Positions 10,833-20,256 of a stretch of DNA of 64,000 bases are shown here, piece by piece; position 1 is the first letter of the stretch, and each line of letters begins with the position of its first letter. The notes under the pieces are model-generated. The model ran no database searches, was not told where the DNA came from, and saw only the letters and a program-made list of their open reading frames with translations. A program made the translations under genes and the position numbers. Location of the stretch: sequence record PZ386951.1; one strand, written 5' to 3'. Origin of the DNA: a phage.

Positions 10833-11039
10833 TCATAACTGCCACCATTTTTTGACTTGATAAGAATCAACCCACACTTTCATATTAGGGTTTGCTCTTA
10901 CAATAGGAGGATTAACTTCTTTAATTGAACTATCGTGGTATTCTTTTTCAGAAATTTTCACACAAAGATGACCATTCAAAGATTCAGTAAATCCTGCATT
11001 AATTTTAAGACGCTTGAATTTTACGTGTGTAAGCATCAA
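10833..11039 (-). CDS. hypothetical protein
   Basis: 68-aa ORF on coding strand between gene 55 and a-gt. Confidence 0.4.
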   Translation of the reverse strand: MMLTHVKFKRLKINAGFTESLNGHLCVKISEKEYHDSSIKEVNPPIVRANPNMKVWVDSYQVKKWWQL

Positions 11040-11322
11040 TCATATCCTCAATCTGCGATCTAGTAGTCTTCCAAAGAATACTGATGAGTTCATCGTTATA
11101 TGGCTGTTTTAGAATATCCCGACTTTTCTTGATAGCATATTCGTATTGAGCAAAATTATTATTTTCAGCTGCAATCTGAGCGTGCTTATAAAGACGATTC
11201 AGTTCACGTTTGTTTTTAGACAATAACTTATTTGCTTTTCTTTCTGCTTCAAGACGGTTCTTTTCTTCAATAGAAGAAATAAGCTTTTCCACTTCATCAT
11301 TAATTTCGGGTTTATCAGTCAT
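11005..11322 (-). CDS. hypothetical coiled-coil protein
   Basis: 105-aa ORF, charged helical sequence. Confidence 0.45.
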   Translation of the reverse strand: MTDKPEINDEVEKLISSIEEKNRLEAERKANKLLSKNKRELNRLYKHAQIAAENNNFAQYEYAIKKSRDILKQPYNDELISILWKTTRSQIEDMIDAYTRKIQAS

Positions 11323-11323
11323 A

Positions 11324-11542
11324 TTATTTCTCTAATATAAAATAAAAATCATCATCTGTTAAATGATACCGATAGTTTAATTCTACACCATTAGATTTAA
11401 AAGCGGTATCATACGGATTTTCTGGATCAATATCAATGTCAAGAGCTAAAACTTCCCTGAGATACATTTTAAGTAAATAGGGAATAGCTTCAACTTCAGG
11501 TATTTCTTCCAAGAATCCGGAGAGGTTAATCGTTAGCCTCAT
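11324..11542 (-). CDS. hypothetical protein
   Basis: 72-aa ORF; start overlaps gene 55 stop by 17 nt. Confidence 0.45.
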
Positions 11543-12083
11543 ATAAAAAATCCAAACTAGGAGAATCGTCTACAACACTTTTCTTTTCAGCCCCCGGTGT
11601 TCTATAAGTTGATTCTTCGTAATGCGTCATTTTATCGTAGATGTCTTGAATAAAAGTTTCATCTACTAACGCAACCATATCGTCGTCACGACTGTCATAG
11701 ACATTGTGAACGAAGTAACTATATTTCTTTGCAACTTCCTTACGTTCTTTTTTAATACGTTGGACGAATGCATTAAAACAAGCTTGAGTTATATATGCAT
11801 GTGGGTTTTTATATTTCGTTTCATCAAAATTATGAAGCCCCTTAATAGAAGCTTCTATACCGTCTGCAATCATTTCTTGTTTCCAAGACTGGGTGTATCC
11901 TGAAAAGTTGAAACGTTTAGATAAGCCTTCTGCAATAAGCATAATGGCTAATCCGATAGTATCATTCTGACGAACTACTTTATTTGGGTCTTTATTATTT
12001 GCTAATTCTGTTTTCCAATCAATAATAGCTTGTAAAAGCTCTTTATTGTTTACGTAATTATATTTAGGCTTAGTTTCTGACAT
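11526..12083 (-). CDS. 55: late-transcription sigma factor gp55
   Basis: Start taken at [23 protein letters not shown] (185 aa); matches T4 gp55 as recalled. Confidence 0.9.
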
Positions 12084-12165
12084 TTTCACCTCTTAGCTCA
12101 ATTCATAGATCTATTATATCATAATATTTGAAGATCTATCTTAAAGCATAGAGGATGAATCAATT

Positions 12166-12381
12166 TCAAGAATTCATCAGCTTAGCCGCTCCAAGAGCTG
12201 CATCTAGTGAATCAAATTGGTCAACATATTCAATCAATTCGCCGTAATTAGCGTATAACCACCATTGGCTAAATTCATACTCAAGGATGAATCCATTTCC
12301 TTCAATTTGAGTTAAACCATTGCCGTTTGTATTTACTTCATATCCGGCAAGACGTAAATCGTTAATAAGAGCTTCGTTCAT
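12166..12381 (-). CDS. hypothetical protein
   Basis: 71-aa ORF, coding strand. Confidence 0.4.
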   Translation of the reverse strand: MNEALINDLRLAGYEVNTNGNGLTQIEGNGFILEYEFSQWWLYANYGELIEYVDQFDSLDAALGAAKLMNS

Positions 12382-12383
12382 AA

Positions 12384-12710
12384 TTATACCTTAGTAATTT
12401 TCAGGTCTGCAAATTTTTTCTTGCGTTGATTTTTCATGCGACGAATAGTTTTATCGGAAATTTCATGCTTTTGATAAGCTTTAGATTCTACACCAAAAGC
12501 TTTAACATCAAATTCTGACAAGATATATTGAACCAACAATTCACGGACAGTATTGCGTCCAATCTTCTGATCATTCTGTTTCATCGTCTGATGAAGCTCT
12601 TTTTCCCATTTATCCAAAATTTGAGGAGTTACAATATCGCCTTTTTCTAGCAAAGAAACTACTTTATCATATGCGTAAGAATTGATGGCGTTTTTAATTT
12701 GAATAGTCAT
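12384..12710 (-). CDS. hypothetical protein
   Basis: 108-aa ORF, 2-nt spacing to next gene. Confidence 0.45.
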   Translation of the reverse strand: MTIQIKNAINSYAYDKVVSLLEKGDIVTPQILDKWEKELHQTMKQNDQKIGRNTVRELLVQYILSEFDVKAFGVESKAYQKHEISDKTIRRMKNQRKKKFADLKITKV

Positions 12711-12747
12711 ACATTATCCTCAATTACGTTAAAATTTTATTATCCAA

Positions 12748-12764
12748 AAAGGGCCGAAGCCCTT
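12748..12764 (-). promoter_or_regulatory. GC stem-loop (UUCG loop) overlapping an ORF stop
   Basis: aaagggc cgaa gccctt inverted repeat. Confidence 0.45.
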
Positions 12765-12963
12765 AGCTAAACTTTTTGGCACCCTTCCAGCCTTCATACA
12801 TCATTGCGGCTGATATTAATATTGCTCCTGAGCAACTTGAATATTTGTGATTCCAAAACCAGTTTAGAAAAACTTCATCGTCAATACCTTGGGCTATCAT
12901 ATTTTCAAAGAACTGACGACGAGATTCGGCAATTCGTTGTGATAATTTAGATTCAGGATTCAT
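12763..12963 (-). CDS. hypothetical protein
   Basis: 66-aa ORF. Confidence 0.4.
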   Translation of the reverse strand: MNPESKLSQRIAESRRQFFENMIAQGIDDEVFLNWFWNHKYSSCSGAILISAAMMYEGWKGAKKFS

Positions 12964-13179
12964 TTAAATTTTCCAGTTACCGTTTTCATCAATAAATTTA
13001 ATCCAGTCATTTACTGACCACTTAGTTGTATCACCTTTTGGAGTAACATTTAAAGTGTATAACCCCTGCTTAAAAAGCATTCGTTTGATATTCATATTTT
13101 CCTCAGCTGTAACGATAACACTCGTTTGATTTACGTTTAGCAACTCGTTGAGAAGTATTATAATCAAAATCATCGTCAA
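12964..13179 (-). CDS. hypothetical protein; start uncertain (overlaps upstream ORF)
   Basis: 71-aa track ORF; an internal Met start would give about 43 aa. Confidence 0.3.
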   Translation of the reverse strand: MTMILIIILLNELLNVNQTSVIVTAEENMNIKRMLFKQGLYTLNVTPKGDTTKWSVNDWIKFIDENGNWKI

Positions 13180-13441
13180 TGTAAACTGATTTTTTCAACT
13201 TTCTTACTTCACCACGTAATTGGCGATTTAGCTCATCTTTAACTTCTGAATCAATGCCTTTCATTCTACGCCATTTATCCGAGCGAAAAATGTTTTCAAC
13301 CATATCTTTATGACTTACCCCATCAGGAGCTTTACGCTTTCCGAAATAGTCATAATCACGCACTTTTAAGTCTTTACGACGATACGTTTTACCCATGGAG
13401 TTTAATTTCCTTAGCAACTGAACTAAATACAGCACGATCAC
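13103..13441 (-). CDS. hypothetical basic protein
   Basis: 112-aa ORF rich in K/R. Confidence 0.4.
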   Translation of the reverse strand: MIVLYLVQLLRKLNSMGKTYRRKDLKVRDYDYFGKRKAPDGVSHKDMVENIFRSDKWRRMKGIDSEVKDELNRQLRGEVRKLKKSVYIDDDFDYNTSQRVAKRKSNECYRYS

Positions 13442-13571
13442 AAATCATGCGTTTATGTAACTTGAGTATAATATAGCAAACTTCAAAACTATTTACATGA
13501 ATAACACGAACAGCATTACCATTAATGAGATAATACTGTCCCTTTTTAATTTCTTTATCAACCACAACCAT
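13389..13571 (-). CDS. hypothetical small protein
   Basis: 60-aa ORF directly downstream of an early promoter. Confidence 0.3.
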   Translation of the reverse strand: MVVVDKEIKKGQYYLINGNAVRVIHVNSFEVCYIILKLHKRMICDRAVFSSVAKEIKLHG

Positions 13572-13601
13572 ATCAATTCCTCAAAGGTAATTCATATGTT
13601 A

Positions 13602-13631
13602 ATAATACCACGGTTTGAACTTGTTGTAAAC
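13602..13631 (-). promoter_or_regulatory. sigma70-type early promoter (minus strand)
   Basis: On minus strand GTTTAC, 18-nt spacer, TATTAT; follows the hairpin after nrdH. Confidence 0.5.
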
Positions 13632-13711
13632 AACTTTGTGAAAAATATTTTAGGGAATGACAAGAAGGGAACGATAGCTTAGAATGGTAATATACAGAAT
13701 GCGAGAAAGAA

Positions 13712-13727
13712 AGGCCCAGAGGGCCCG
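13712..13727 (-). terminator. GC stem-loop downstream of nrdH (possible early terminator)
   Basis: aggccc aga gggccc inverted repeat; U-rich after it on the minus transcript. Confidence 0.4.
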
Positions 13728-13729
13728 TC

Positions 13730-14038
13730 TTAATCTTCTATGATATCTCTATCATATCCAAGTGAAATGAGAGTTTCTTTGAAGTGTTTAATGTTCTTTT
13801 GTCTAGAATCATTAATGAAAATGACCGGATAACGAATGTTAAGAGATGTGAATCCAGCGCGTTTAGCAAGAGATACAATCAGCGGACGATCATACTCAAT
13901 CTTACCATTATTTGTAAGAACTTTATAGAAAGTAAAAGGAGCATTGAGCTCCTTTAGAAGTTTTGTAACTGATTGACATCCAGGACAACGACCTACTTCA
14001 TCTGGAATTCCATAGACTTCAATCTTATTTTGTTTCAC
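13730..14038 (-). CDS. nrdH: glutaredoxin-like protein (NrdH-like)
   Basis: 102 aa with N-terminal redox motif CPGC; conserved position near nrdG/nrdD. Confidence 0.6.
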   Translation of the reverse strand: MKQNKIEVYGIPDEVGRCPGCQSVTKLLKELNAPFTFYKVLTNNGKIEYDRPLIVSLAKRAGFTSLNIRYPVIFINDSRQKNIKHFKETLISLGYDRDIIED

Positions 14039-14040
14039 AA

Positions 14041-14253
14041 CTATTCCTTACTAAGAGCAGCATTCAGCTTGTTAGTAATTTTATCCAGACGCTTATTGAA
14101 CTCACTAGAAGATAAGCCCTTTTCTGGAGAAATTAAACTAATAACGAAAAATACAACAATAAAAGGAATAAGGAAAATAGCTCCAACTGCCATAAACAGA
14201 AAGAATGTTACAGTTGTAAGAAAATCAGCTAAACCTTTACGAAATTTATACAT
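14041..14253 (-). CDS. small membrane protein
   Basis: 70 aa with a long hydrophobic core TVTFFLFMAVGAIFLIPFIVVFFVISLI. Confidence 0.45.
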   Translation of the reverse strand: MYKFRKGLADFLTTVTFFLFMAVGAIFLIPFIVVFFVISLISPEKGLSSSEFNKRLDKITNKLNAALSKE

Positions 14254-14368
14254 ATTTTACCCTTAATTGATTAACCAAGCATTGATAAGCACTAAACTAT
14301 ATTGCGAATAAAATTCTGGACCAAAATGAAAAATCATATCATTTATAGTATCCATAATGTAATTCAAT

Positions 14369-14839
14369 TTAATCATGTGTCCACACCCCATCGGTATTTG
14401 ACCAAAGTCGCTGATTATCTGATCCTCGCCACAGCTTTTTAGTCGGAAGATTTTTCTCATACTTCCCATCAATAATAACATCAACATATTTAAGCATTTC
14501 TAGTTGTTTAATATCTTCAAACTTATATCCTGTCCACAACCAAATGCTTTTATTGGGATAAAGATTTTTAATAGTTTGAACCACAGAGTGAATCACGTCT
14601 CTGTTATCAGGATAAAGAGGGTCACCTCCGGTTATAGTTAATCCTTCTATATAATCATTATTCAAACATTCAATTAATTGTTCTAGTGTTTCACCAGTGA
14701 ATGGAATACCATTTCTAGCATTCCATGTTGATTTATTATAACACCCTTCACATTTATGCAAACAACCTGTAACGAAAAGAACGACCCTGCAACCAGGGCC
14801 ATTAACAAAATCGCAAGGATAAAATCTATCATAATTCAT
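14369..14839 (-). CDS. nrdG: anaerobic ribonucleotide reductase activating protein (radical SAM) NrdG
   Basis: 156 aa; cysteine cluster CLHKCEGC; overlaps nrdD stop by 4 nt. Confidence 0.9.
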   Translation of the reverse strand: MNYDRFYPCDFVNGPGCRVVLFVTGCLHKCEGCYNKSTWNARNGIPFTGETLEQLIECLNNDYIEGLTITGGDPLYPDNRDVIHSVVQTIKNLYPNKSIWLWTGYKFEDIKQLEMLKYVDVIIDGKYEKNLPTKKLWRGSDNQRLWSNTDGVWTHD

Positions 14840-16653
14840 TGGTGTTTAACCCTATGCATGATTTCTTTATTTTTGCCAAGATTAAATCCGCGTTCGTTCG
14901 GATTTCCCAAATAACCACATGTTCTTCTTATTGTGTTCATCTTTTTAGGATCAGTTTCTCCACAAATAGAACAAACAAATCCGTTTTCAGTAGGAGTCAT
15001 TTCATGGGTACTTCCGCATGTAAAACATTTATCTACTGGCATATTAACACCAAAATAATCTAAATGTTGTGCGGCATAATCCCATACAGCCTCAAGACCT
15101 TTTAAGTTATTTTTCATATCAGGAAGTTCAACATAAGAAATGTGACCACCTGTCGCAATGAAATGATATGGCGCTTCACGAGAAATCTTTTCAAACGGAG
15201 TAATATTTTCTTCTACTGAAACATGGAAACTGTTAGTGTACCAGCCTTTATCAGTAACATCCTTTACACTTCCATATTTTTCAGTATCAAGTTTACAGAA
15301 ACGATAACAAAGGTTTTCAGCAGGAGTCGAATATAAACTAAAAGCAAATCCAGTTCTTTCAGTCCACTGTTTAAGATGAGCATTCATTTTAGTTAAAATT
15401 TCTTGTCCAATATCACGACCGACAAGAATATTCAATTCGTGAATACCAATGTATCCTAGGGACACTGAACTTCTACCGTTTTTAAATAACTCAATTATAT
15501 CATCATCAGGTTTAAGACGAACCCCAAATGCACCTTCTTGGTAAAGAATAGGAGCAACAGTTGCTTTAACTCCTTTTAAGGAACTAATTCTACACATCAA
15601 AGCTTCAAAACATAAATCCATTCGTTCATTGAACAATTCAGTAAATTTCTGTTCATTGAACTGTGTTCCAATATAAGAATCTAATGCGATACGAGGAAGA
15701 TTCAGTGTTACAACACCAAGATTATTACGTCCATCAAGAATTTCATTACCAGTCGAATCTTTCCATACGCTCAAGAAACTACGGCAACCCATCGGAGAAA
15801 CAGGAACAGATGAACCAGTGATAGCTTTATTGTTCTTAGCTGAAATAATATCAGGATACATCCTTTTGCTTGCGCACTCTAGAGCAAGCTGTTTAATATC
15901 ATAGTTCGGATCGTCTTTGTAAAGATTAACACCTTCTTCAACGAACATAACAAGCTTAGGGAAAATAGGAGTTATCCCATCACGACCGAGACCTTTAATA
16001 CGATTTTTCAGAATTGCTTTCTGAATCATTCGTTCAGTCCAGTCAGTTCCCGTACCAAATGTAATTGTTACAAAAGGCGTTTGTCCGTTTGAACTAAAGA
16101 GAGTATTTACTTCATATTCATAAGCTTGGAATGCATCGTATACGTCTTTTTCTGTTTTAGATTGAGCATAATTCAACGCATCGGCGATTTGCCATTTTTC
16201 TGCATCCTCAATATGTTTTGCATAGGTGCGTTTAACATAAGGAGAAAGTACTTTATCTACATTCGCAAAAGTCGTTCCGCCGTATTGATGGGAAGCAACC
16301 TGTGCAGTAATTTGTGCCATAATTGCAGTAGCAACACCGATTGATTTAGGAGTTTCAATCTGTGCATTACCAAGCTTAAATCCGTTCTCAAGCATTCCTT
16401 TTAAATCTACTAAACAACAATTAGTAAATGGAAGAGCAGGGGAATAATCAATATCATGGAAATGAATAATTCCGCTTTCATGTGCTTTCATAATAAAAGA
16501 CGGGACCATATTTTTGGCAATGTGTTTAGACACAATACCAGCCATAAGGTCCCGTTGAGTTGGAAAAACACGAGAATCTTTATTAGCATTCTCGTTCAAA
16601 AGGTCTTTATTAGTTTTATGAATCAATCCTTCAATTTCTTTTTCAATTGTCAT
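14836..16653 (-). CDS. nrdD: anaerobic ribonucleoside-triphosphate reductase NrdD, uninterrupted
   Basis: 605-aa continuous ORF; C-terminal Zn-ribbon CFTCGSTHEM...CSICG and glycyl-radical motif RRTCGYLG. Confidence 0.92.
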   Translation of the reverse strand: MTIEKEIEGLIHKTNKDLLNENANKDSRVFPTQRDLMAGIVSKHIAKNMVPSFIMKAHESGIIHFHDIDYSPALPFTNCCLVDLKGMLENGFKLGNAQIETPKSIGVATAIMAQITAQVASHQYGGTTFANVDKVLSPYVKRTYAKHIEDAEKWQIADALNYAQSKTEKDVYDAFQAYEYEVNTLFSSNGQTPFVTITFGTGTDWTERMIQKAILKNRIKGLGRDGITPIFPKLVMFVEEGVNLYKDDPNYDIKQLALECASKRMYPDIISAKNNKAITGSSVPVSPMGCRSFLSVWKDSTGNEILDGRNNLGVVTLNLPRIALDSYIGTQFNEQKFTELFNERMDLCFEALMCRISSLKGVKATVAPILYQEGAFGVRLKPDDDIIELFKNGRSSVSLGYIGIHELNILVGRDIGQEILTKMNAHLKQWTERTGFAFSLYSTPAENLCYRFCKLDTEKYGSVKDVTDKGWYTNSFHVSVEENITPFEKISREAPYHFIATGGHISYVELPDMKNNLKGLEAVWDYAAQHLDYFGVNMPVDKCFTCGSTHEMTPTENGFVCSICGETDPKKMNTIRRTCGYLGNPNERGFNLGKNKEIMHRVKHQ

Positions 16654-17123
16654 TTTAAACTCTTTCTAAGCTGCTTCTTAAATGAAGCTATTAATTGTGT
16701 TTTGGTGTCAGATTCATTATATTCAAATCCTCTTTGAAGCATCTCGGCCATCATTTCCTCTTTTCCTAAACGAGAAAATTCCTTTGATTTATCTCCAACA
16801 AAGTTAGGGTGAATATTATTTTGGGTGTAATCGGATTTTAAATAAGTAAGTAAATTTTCTAACCATTCAAGATAATCAACACCTTGTCCCTTTAAGCCAG
16901 AACGATTAAATTTATGCTTCATTTGACCTTCTGCAGCATTGCATAGATTACAAAGCAATCCACGTACCTTTCCTGCTTTTGGTCCATTTAATTCATGGTC
17001 ATGGTCGAGGTGATTAGCTTGAACATCAGGATTTAGTTCTCGTTGGCAAATTAAGCATTTACCGTTTTGTGCATCATAAAATTTCTGTTTTTCTTCTTTA
17101 TATAATTTGCCAGTCAATAACAT
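16650..17123 (-). CDS. 49: endonuclease VII (Holliday junction resolvase) gp49
   Basis: 157 aa; zinc/His-Me finger region CLICQRELNPDVQANHLDHDHELNG...CNLCN. Confidence 0.9.
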   Translation of the reverse strand: MLLTGKLYKEEKQKFYDAQNGKCLICQRELNPDVQANHLDHDHELNGPKAGKVRGLLCNLCNAAEGQMKHKFNRSGLKGQGVDYLEWLENLLTYLKSDYTQNNIHPNFVGDKSKEFSRLGKEEMMAEMLQRGFEYNESDTKTQLIASFKKQLRKSLK

Positions 17124-17165
17124 AATAAAACCCTTACCTTAAATAGATAAGGGTATTTATTATTT

Positions 17166-17651
17166 TCAAGTATTGTAAAACATTTGATTCAATCGCTTAT
17201 ATTGCCGAATCTTTTGGTCAGAAAAAGAAATTTGAGTTTCAAGCCATTCAATATATTCTGCCGCAGCTTGCATCAAATTTCCTTCATAGCCATCGTTATT
17301 TTCTTGTGCAGCTAATTTAGCTAATGCATATGAAATACGTTCACCTTGAAAATCGGCTTTAGGCTTCTGAACAACTTGATTAGTTCGCTCTACAACTTCT
17401 TCAATTTCGCCATTTTCGACTGATTCAGTATTCCACAAGCACCAATACGTAATTGGCTTATCGTAGATGTTAATAATCTTTCCATCAGAAAGTTCAATTT
17501 CAATAATTCCAGTATCAGGCTCTATATCATCTTCGCATTCTTTTGCAAGTTCACGAACTTTAAAGACGGTGCCTGCACTAAGTTCCGGCCAGTAATTACA
17601 CAGCCCTGTATCAGCACGATTAATTCTAAACCACTTATCTACTGTAATCAT
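17166..17651 (-). CDS. pin: protease inhibitor Pin
   Basis: Start taken at MITVDKWFRINRADTG (161 aa); matches T4 Pin as recalled. Confidence 0.75.
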   Translation of the reverse strand: MITVDKWFRINRADTGLCNYWPELSAGTVFKVRELAKECEDDIEPDTGIIEIELSDGKIINIYDKPITYWCLWNTESVENGEIEEVVERTNQVVQKPKADFQGERISYALAKLAAQENNDGYEGNLMQAAAEYIEWLETQISFSDQKIRQYKRLNQMFYNT

Positions 17652-17774
17652 GTCCCATCTCCATATCAATTAAGTCATTTATCGTTGGTTCATTATATAC
17701 TGTTTCTTCATCAGTGTAAACCGGTTCTTCCGGCTCTGACTCTACAGTTTCCCATCTAGCCGCCCACCAAGGTT

Positions 17775-18095
17775 TTATAGCGTAATCCATTCTCGTACTG
17801 TCTGAGTTACTACACGTTCACGGGGCTCGACTAGTTCAACAGTCGGAACTGCATAATACCAGTCAGAATGATAAGAACCTGACCGAGATTCATTTACCGC
17901 TACATGTACATTATGTTTTGGACTAAAGTAAACACACTGACGATATTGGCATTTACCATCTTGCACCCAGTCTTCTATTTCAACAGGTTTAAGATAATCG
18001 GAAAAATCGAAATCATAGTTTTCCGAAAATGCATCATGGTCTTCAATGATTTCGCTCAGAACTGCATCAACATCTAATTTATTTTCAATAGTCAT
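17775..18095 (-). CDS. hypothetical protein
   Basis: 106-aa acidic ORF. Confidence 0.45.
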   Translation of the reverse strand: MTIENKLDVDAVLSEIIEDHDAFSENYDFDFSDYLKPVEIEDWVQDGKCQYRQCVYFSPKHNVHVAVNESRSGSYHSDWYYAVPTVELVEPRERVVTQTVREWITL

Positions 18096-18105
18096 TTTTC
18101 ACCAA

Positions 18106-18276
18106 TTAATTTCGCAATTTATTAAGTTCTTCATCATCAATCCAGGATTCTAGTCCTGATGGCAGGGCACATTCAATTTCCCAAAGAAGTTCTTCAATTT
18201 TATGAAGACGATCTAGTTCTTCAGCAGGAATAGTAACCATTGACGGAGCTCGTGATACATTAATATCGTAAATCAT
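18106..18276 (-). CDS. possible small acidic protein (56 aa), below ORF-track cutoff
   Basis: Read by hand: MIYDINVSRAPSMVTIPAEELDRLHKIEELLWEIECALPSGLESWIDDEELNKLRN. Confidence 0.25.
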   Translation of the reverse strand: MIYDINVSRAPSMVTIPAEELDRLHKIEELLWEIECALPSGLESWIDDEELNKLRN

Positions 18277-18278
18277 AT

Positions 18279-18494
18279 TTACCCCAATTTAACCATACAA
18301 TCGCCGTATTTCCACTTAGAAATAGACTTTTCACCATTAGAATAATAAACTTCGAGTTTAGCACGATTATTTTTAATTTGAATAACCTTTGCTGTCATCA
18401 AAGTTCCATACCCATAATAAACTGCAACTTCATCACCTACATATACCGCGCTTCCGCGGTAATCATGAATATAGTCATTTCCTTCGAGCATCAT
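18279..18494 (-). CDS. hypothetical protein
   Basis: 71-aa ORF; 4-nt overlap with nrdC stop. Confidence 0.45.
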   Translation of the reverse strand: MMLEGNDYIHDYRGSAVYVGDEVAVYYGYGTLMTAKVIQIKNNRAKLEVYYSNGEKSISKWKYGDCMVKLG

Positions 18495-18754
18495 TTAAAA
18501 TATTCTCGCAGTTGGTCAAATCCACCAATATGACTTCCATCAGGAGCAAATACTTGAGGCATCGTCAAGCCGATTTGAGTATCACGACCTAGTTTAGTCA
18601 GAAGCTCAGCAATTTTCTCATCATCAAAAACACCTTTTTCCGGCATAATGTTGATAAATTCAAACGGCTGTTTCTTCACGGTCAAAAGACGTTTTGCATT
18701 ATCACAATACACACATTTGTGGATGTTGCTATCATAACCATATACTTTAAACAT
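18491..18754 (-). CDS. nrdC: thioredoxin/glutaredoxin NrdC
   Basis: 87 aa; active site CVYC; matches T4 NrdC as recalled. Confidence 0.88.
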   Translation of the reverse strand: MFKVYGYDSNIHKCVYCDNAKRLLTVKKQPFEFINIMPEKGVFDDEKIAELLTKLGRDTQIGLTMPQVFAPDGSHIGGFDQLREYFK

Positions 18755-18755
18755 A

Positions 18756-18998
18756 TTATTCCTTAATTCCTAGTACTTGTTTAAAAGTCTCGTCGTAATC
18801 AAGACTTTGGCCCGTTTGTTCTTTATGTTTGTATATAATATCACTTACTTCTGATAGCATATTTTTATATGAACGAGTTAAAGCAGATTTAAGCACGCTG
18901 TATCTATCAGGAAATTTACCATGTTCATTATAATAAGCTATTACTAATTCACGGACTGCCTTTTCAGCAGTCTCCATATATTCTTTACGCTTGGTCAT
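18756..18998 (-). CDS. hypothetical protein; start taken at internal Met
   Basis: Track ORF is 133 aa but its first 53 codons overlap the upstream gene; start at [13 protein letters not shown] gives 80 aa. Confidence 0.4.
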   Translation of the reverse strand: MTKRKEYMETAEKAVRELVIAYYNEHGKFPDRYSVLKSALTRSYKNMLSEVSDIIYKHKEQTGQSLDYDETFKQVLGIKE

Positions 18999-19281
18999 TT
19001 TCTTCTCGGTCAAATCGGTGTTTACAATGGCGACATTTATAACGAAGATTATTAGTCTGCCAATGGACCAATTGCACCTGTTCAGTTCCACATTCAGGGC
19101 AATTAGGAACGTTTTTAGAAGCCCTTTCGCGACGCTTAACCATAGCCATAATGGCATCCCATGCTGGAGGTTTAAAATCTAAATCGTCAGTAACTAGCAG
19201 TCCTTTATCAAACCCAGCGCATGGAGTCCATTCAGGAAAATCTGAAGCTTCGGCAATATCTTCTAATAAACGCTTTTTCAT
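18985..19281 (-). CDS. hypothetical zinc-ribbon protein
   Basis: 98 aa with CPECG...CRHCKH four-Cys motif. Confidence 0.45.
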   Translation of the reverse strand: MKKRLLEDIAEASDFPEWTPCAGFDKGLLVTDDLDFKPPAWDAIMAMVKRRERASKNVPNCPECGTEQVQLVHWQTNNLRYKCRHCKHRFDREENDQA

Positions 19282-20204
19282 TTCAGTATCTCAATAGCAT
19301 CACGTAAACCATTTGCTTTGGCGGTTAAAGCCTTAAGAACTTTAGTATGCTCTTCAATCTGTTTTTCAACTTCAATCAAACGAGCATTGAGATATTCGCG
19401 TTCTTCTTTCATAGTATCATTCCCATGATTGGATTTTGGTGTAGGTTTAAATTCACTAGGGTCCTTTAATTTAATAACAAATTTAGTTTCAAACAGTGAA
19501 AGACCATAATTCGTATTATCATCAAAGGATTTGACTACATCCATATCAGATAATAACACGCGTAAATTATAAGCCAAAGAACTAATAGTTTCATTGTGTT
19601 TATTAGCTTCGCGTGGTTTCATATACGGAAGATTTTTATATATCTCGTGCGGAGCACAAACAATAATTGACAATTCAAATTGCCCATTCTGGGACGATGG
19701 AGTGAATTTAGCCGTAACCCAGTCTTTTACATTCACATTAATAGTACGGTTATCACCATGACAAAACAGTCTACGAGAATGCTTAAAAAGCATATTCACG
19801 TTATTATTGAATTCGTGTGAAAATTCACTAGCAAATTTTTCTTTACTATCTTTAGAAAACCATTCTTCTAAATAAGTTCTTTTCACGTCGTTAATAATAT
19901 TAAATGTAACAACACTAGCATTTGATACATTAGTCTCAATGTAGCTTGGATACATAAATTTTTTAACATTATTAACAGCTATCACAGAAGATAGTAATCG
20001 GGAACGTTTGAACCACTCTAGCAAAGAACCAAGAGAATGTGAATATGCATTTTGTGTATCTTTACAAATATGGTTTTCCCATCCAATATAGTCTAAAAAA
20101 TCACGAAGAATATTATTGATTACTGCTCTGTGTCCAATCTGATAATTACGGTGTTTAGTAATAAGACTGTCAAAATAATCAATATAATGTTTACGAGTTT
20201 TCAT
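19278..20204 (-). CDS. hypothetical protein with C-terminal coiled coil (tandem family member 1)
   Basis: 308 aa; N-terminus MKTRKHYIDYFDSLI similar to neighbour; C-terminal heptad-rich helix. Confidence 0.5.
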   Translation of the reverse strand: MKTRKHYIDYFDSLITKHRNYQIGHRAVINNILRDFLDYIGWENHICKDTQNAYSHSLGSLLEWFKRSRLLSSVIAVNNVKKFMYPSYIETNVSNASVVTFNIINDVKRTYLEEWFSKDSKEKFASEFSHEFNNNVNMLFKHSRRLFCHGDNRTINVNVKDWVTAKFTPSSQNGQFELSIIVCAPHEIYKNLPYMKPREANKHNETISSLAYNLRVLLSDMDVVKSFDDNTNYGLSLFETKFVIKLKDPSEFKPTPKSNHGNDTMKEEREYLNARLIEVEKQIEEHTKVLKALTAKANGLRDAIEILK

Positions 20205-20256
20205 GTTCTTCTCACTTGGTTAATGATTTATACTCCGAGCCATCCTTGGCTTTAAA

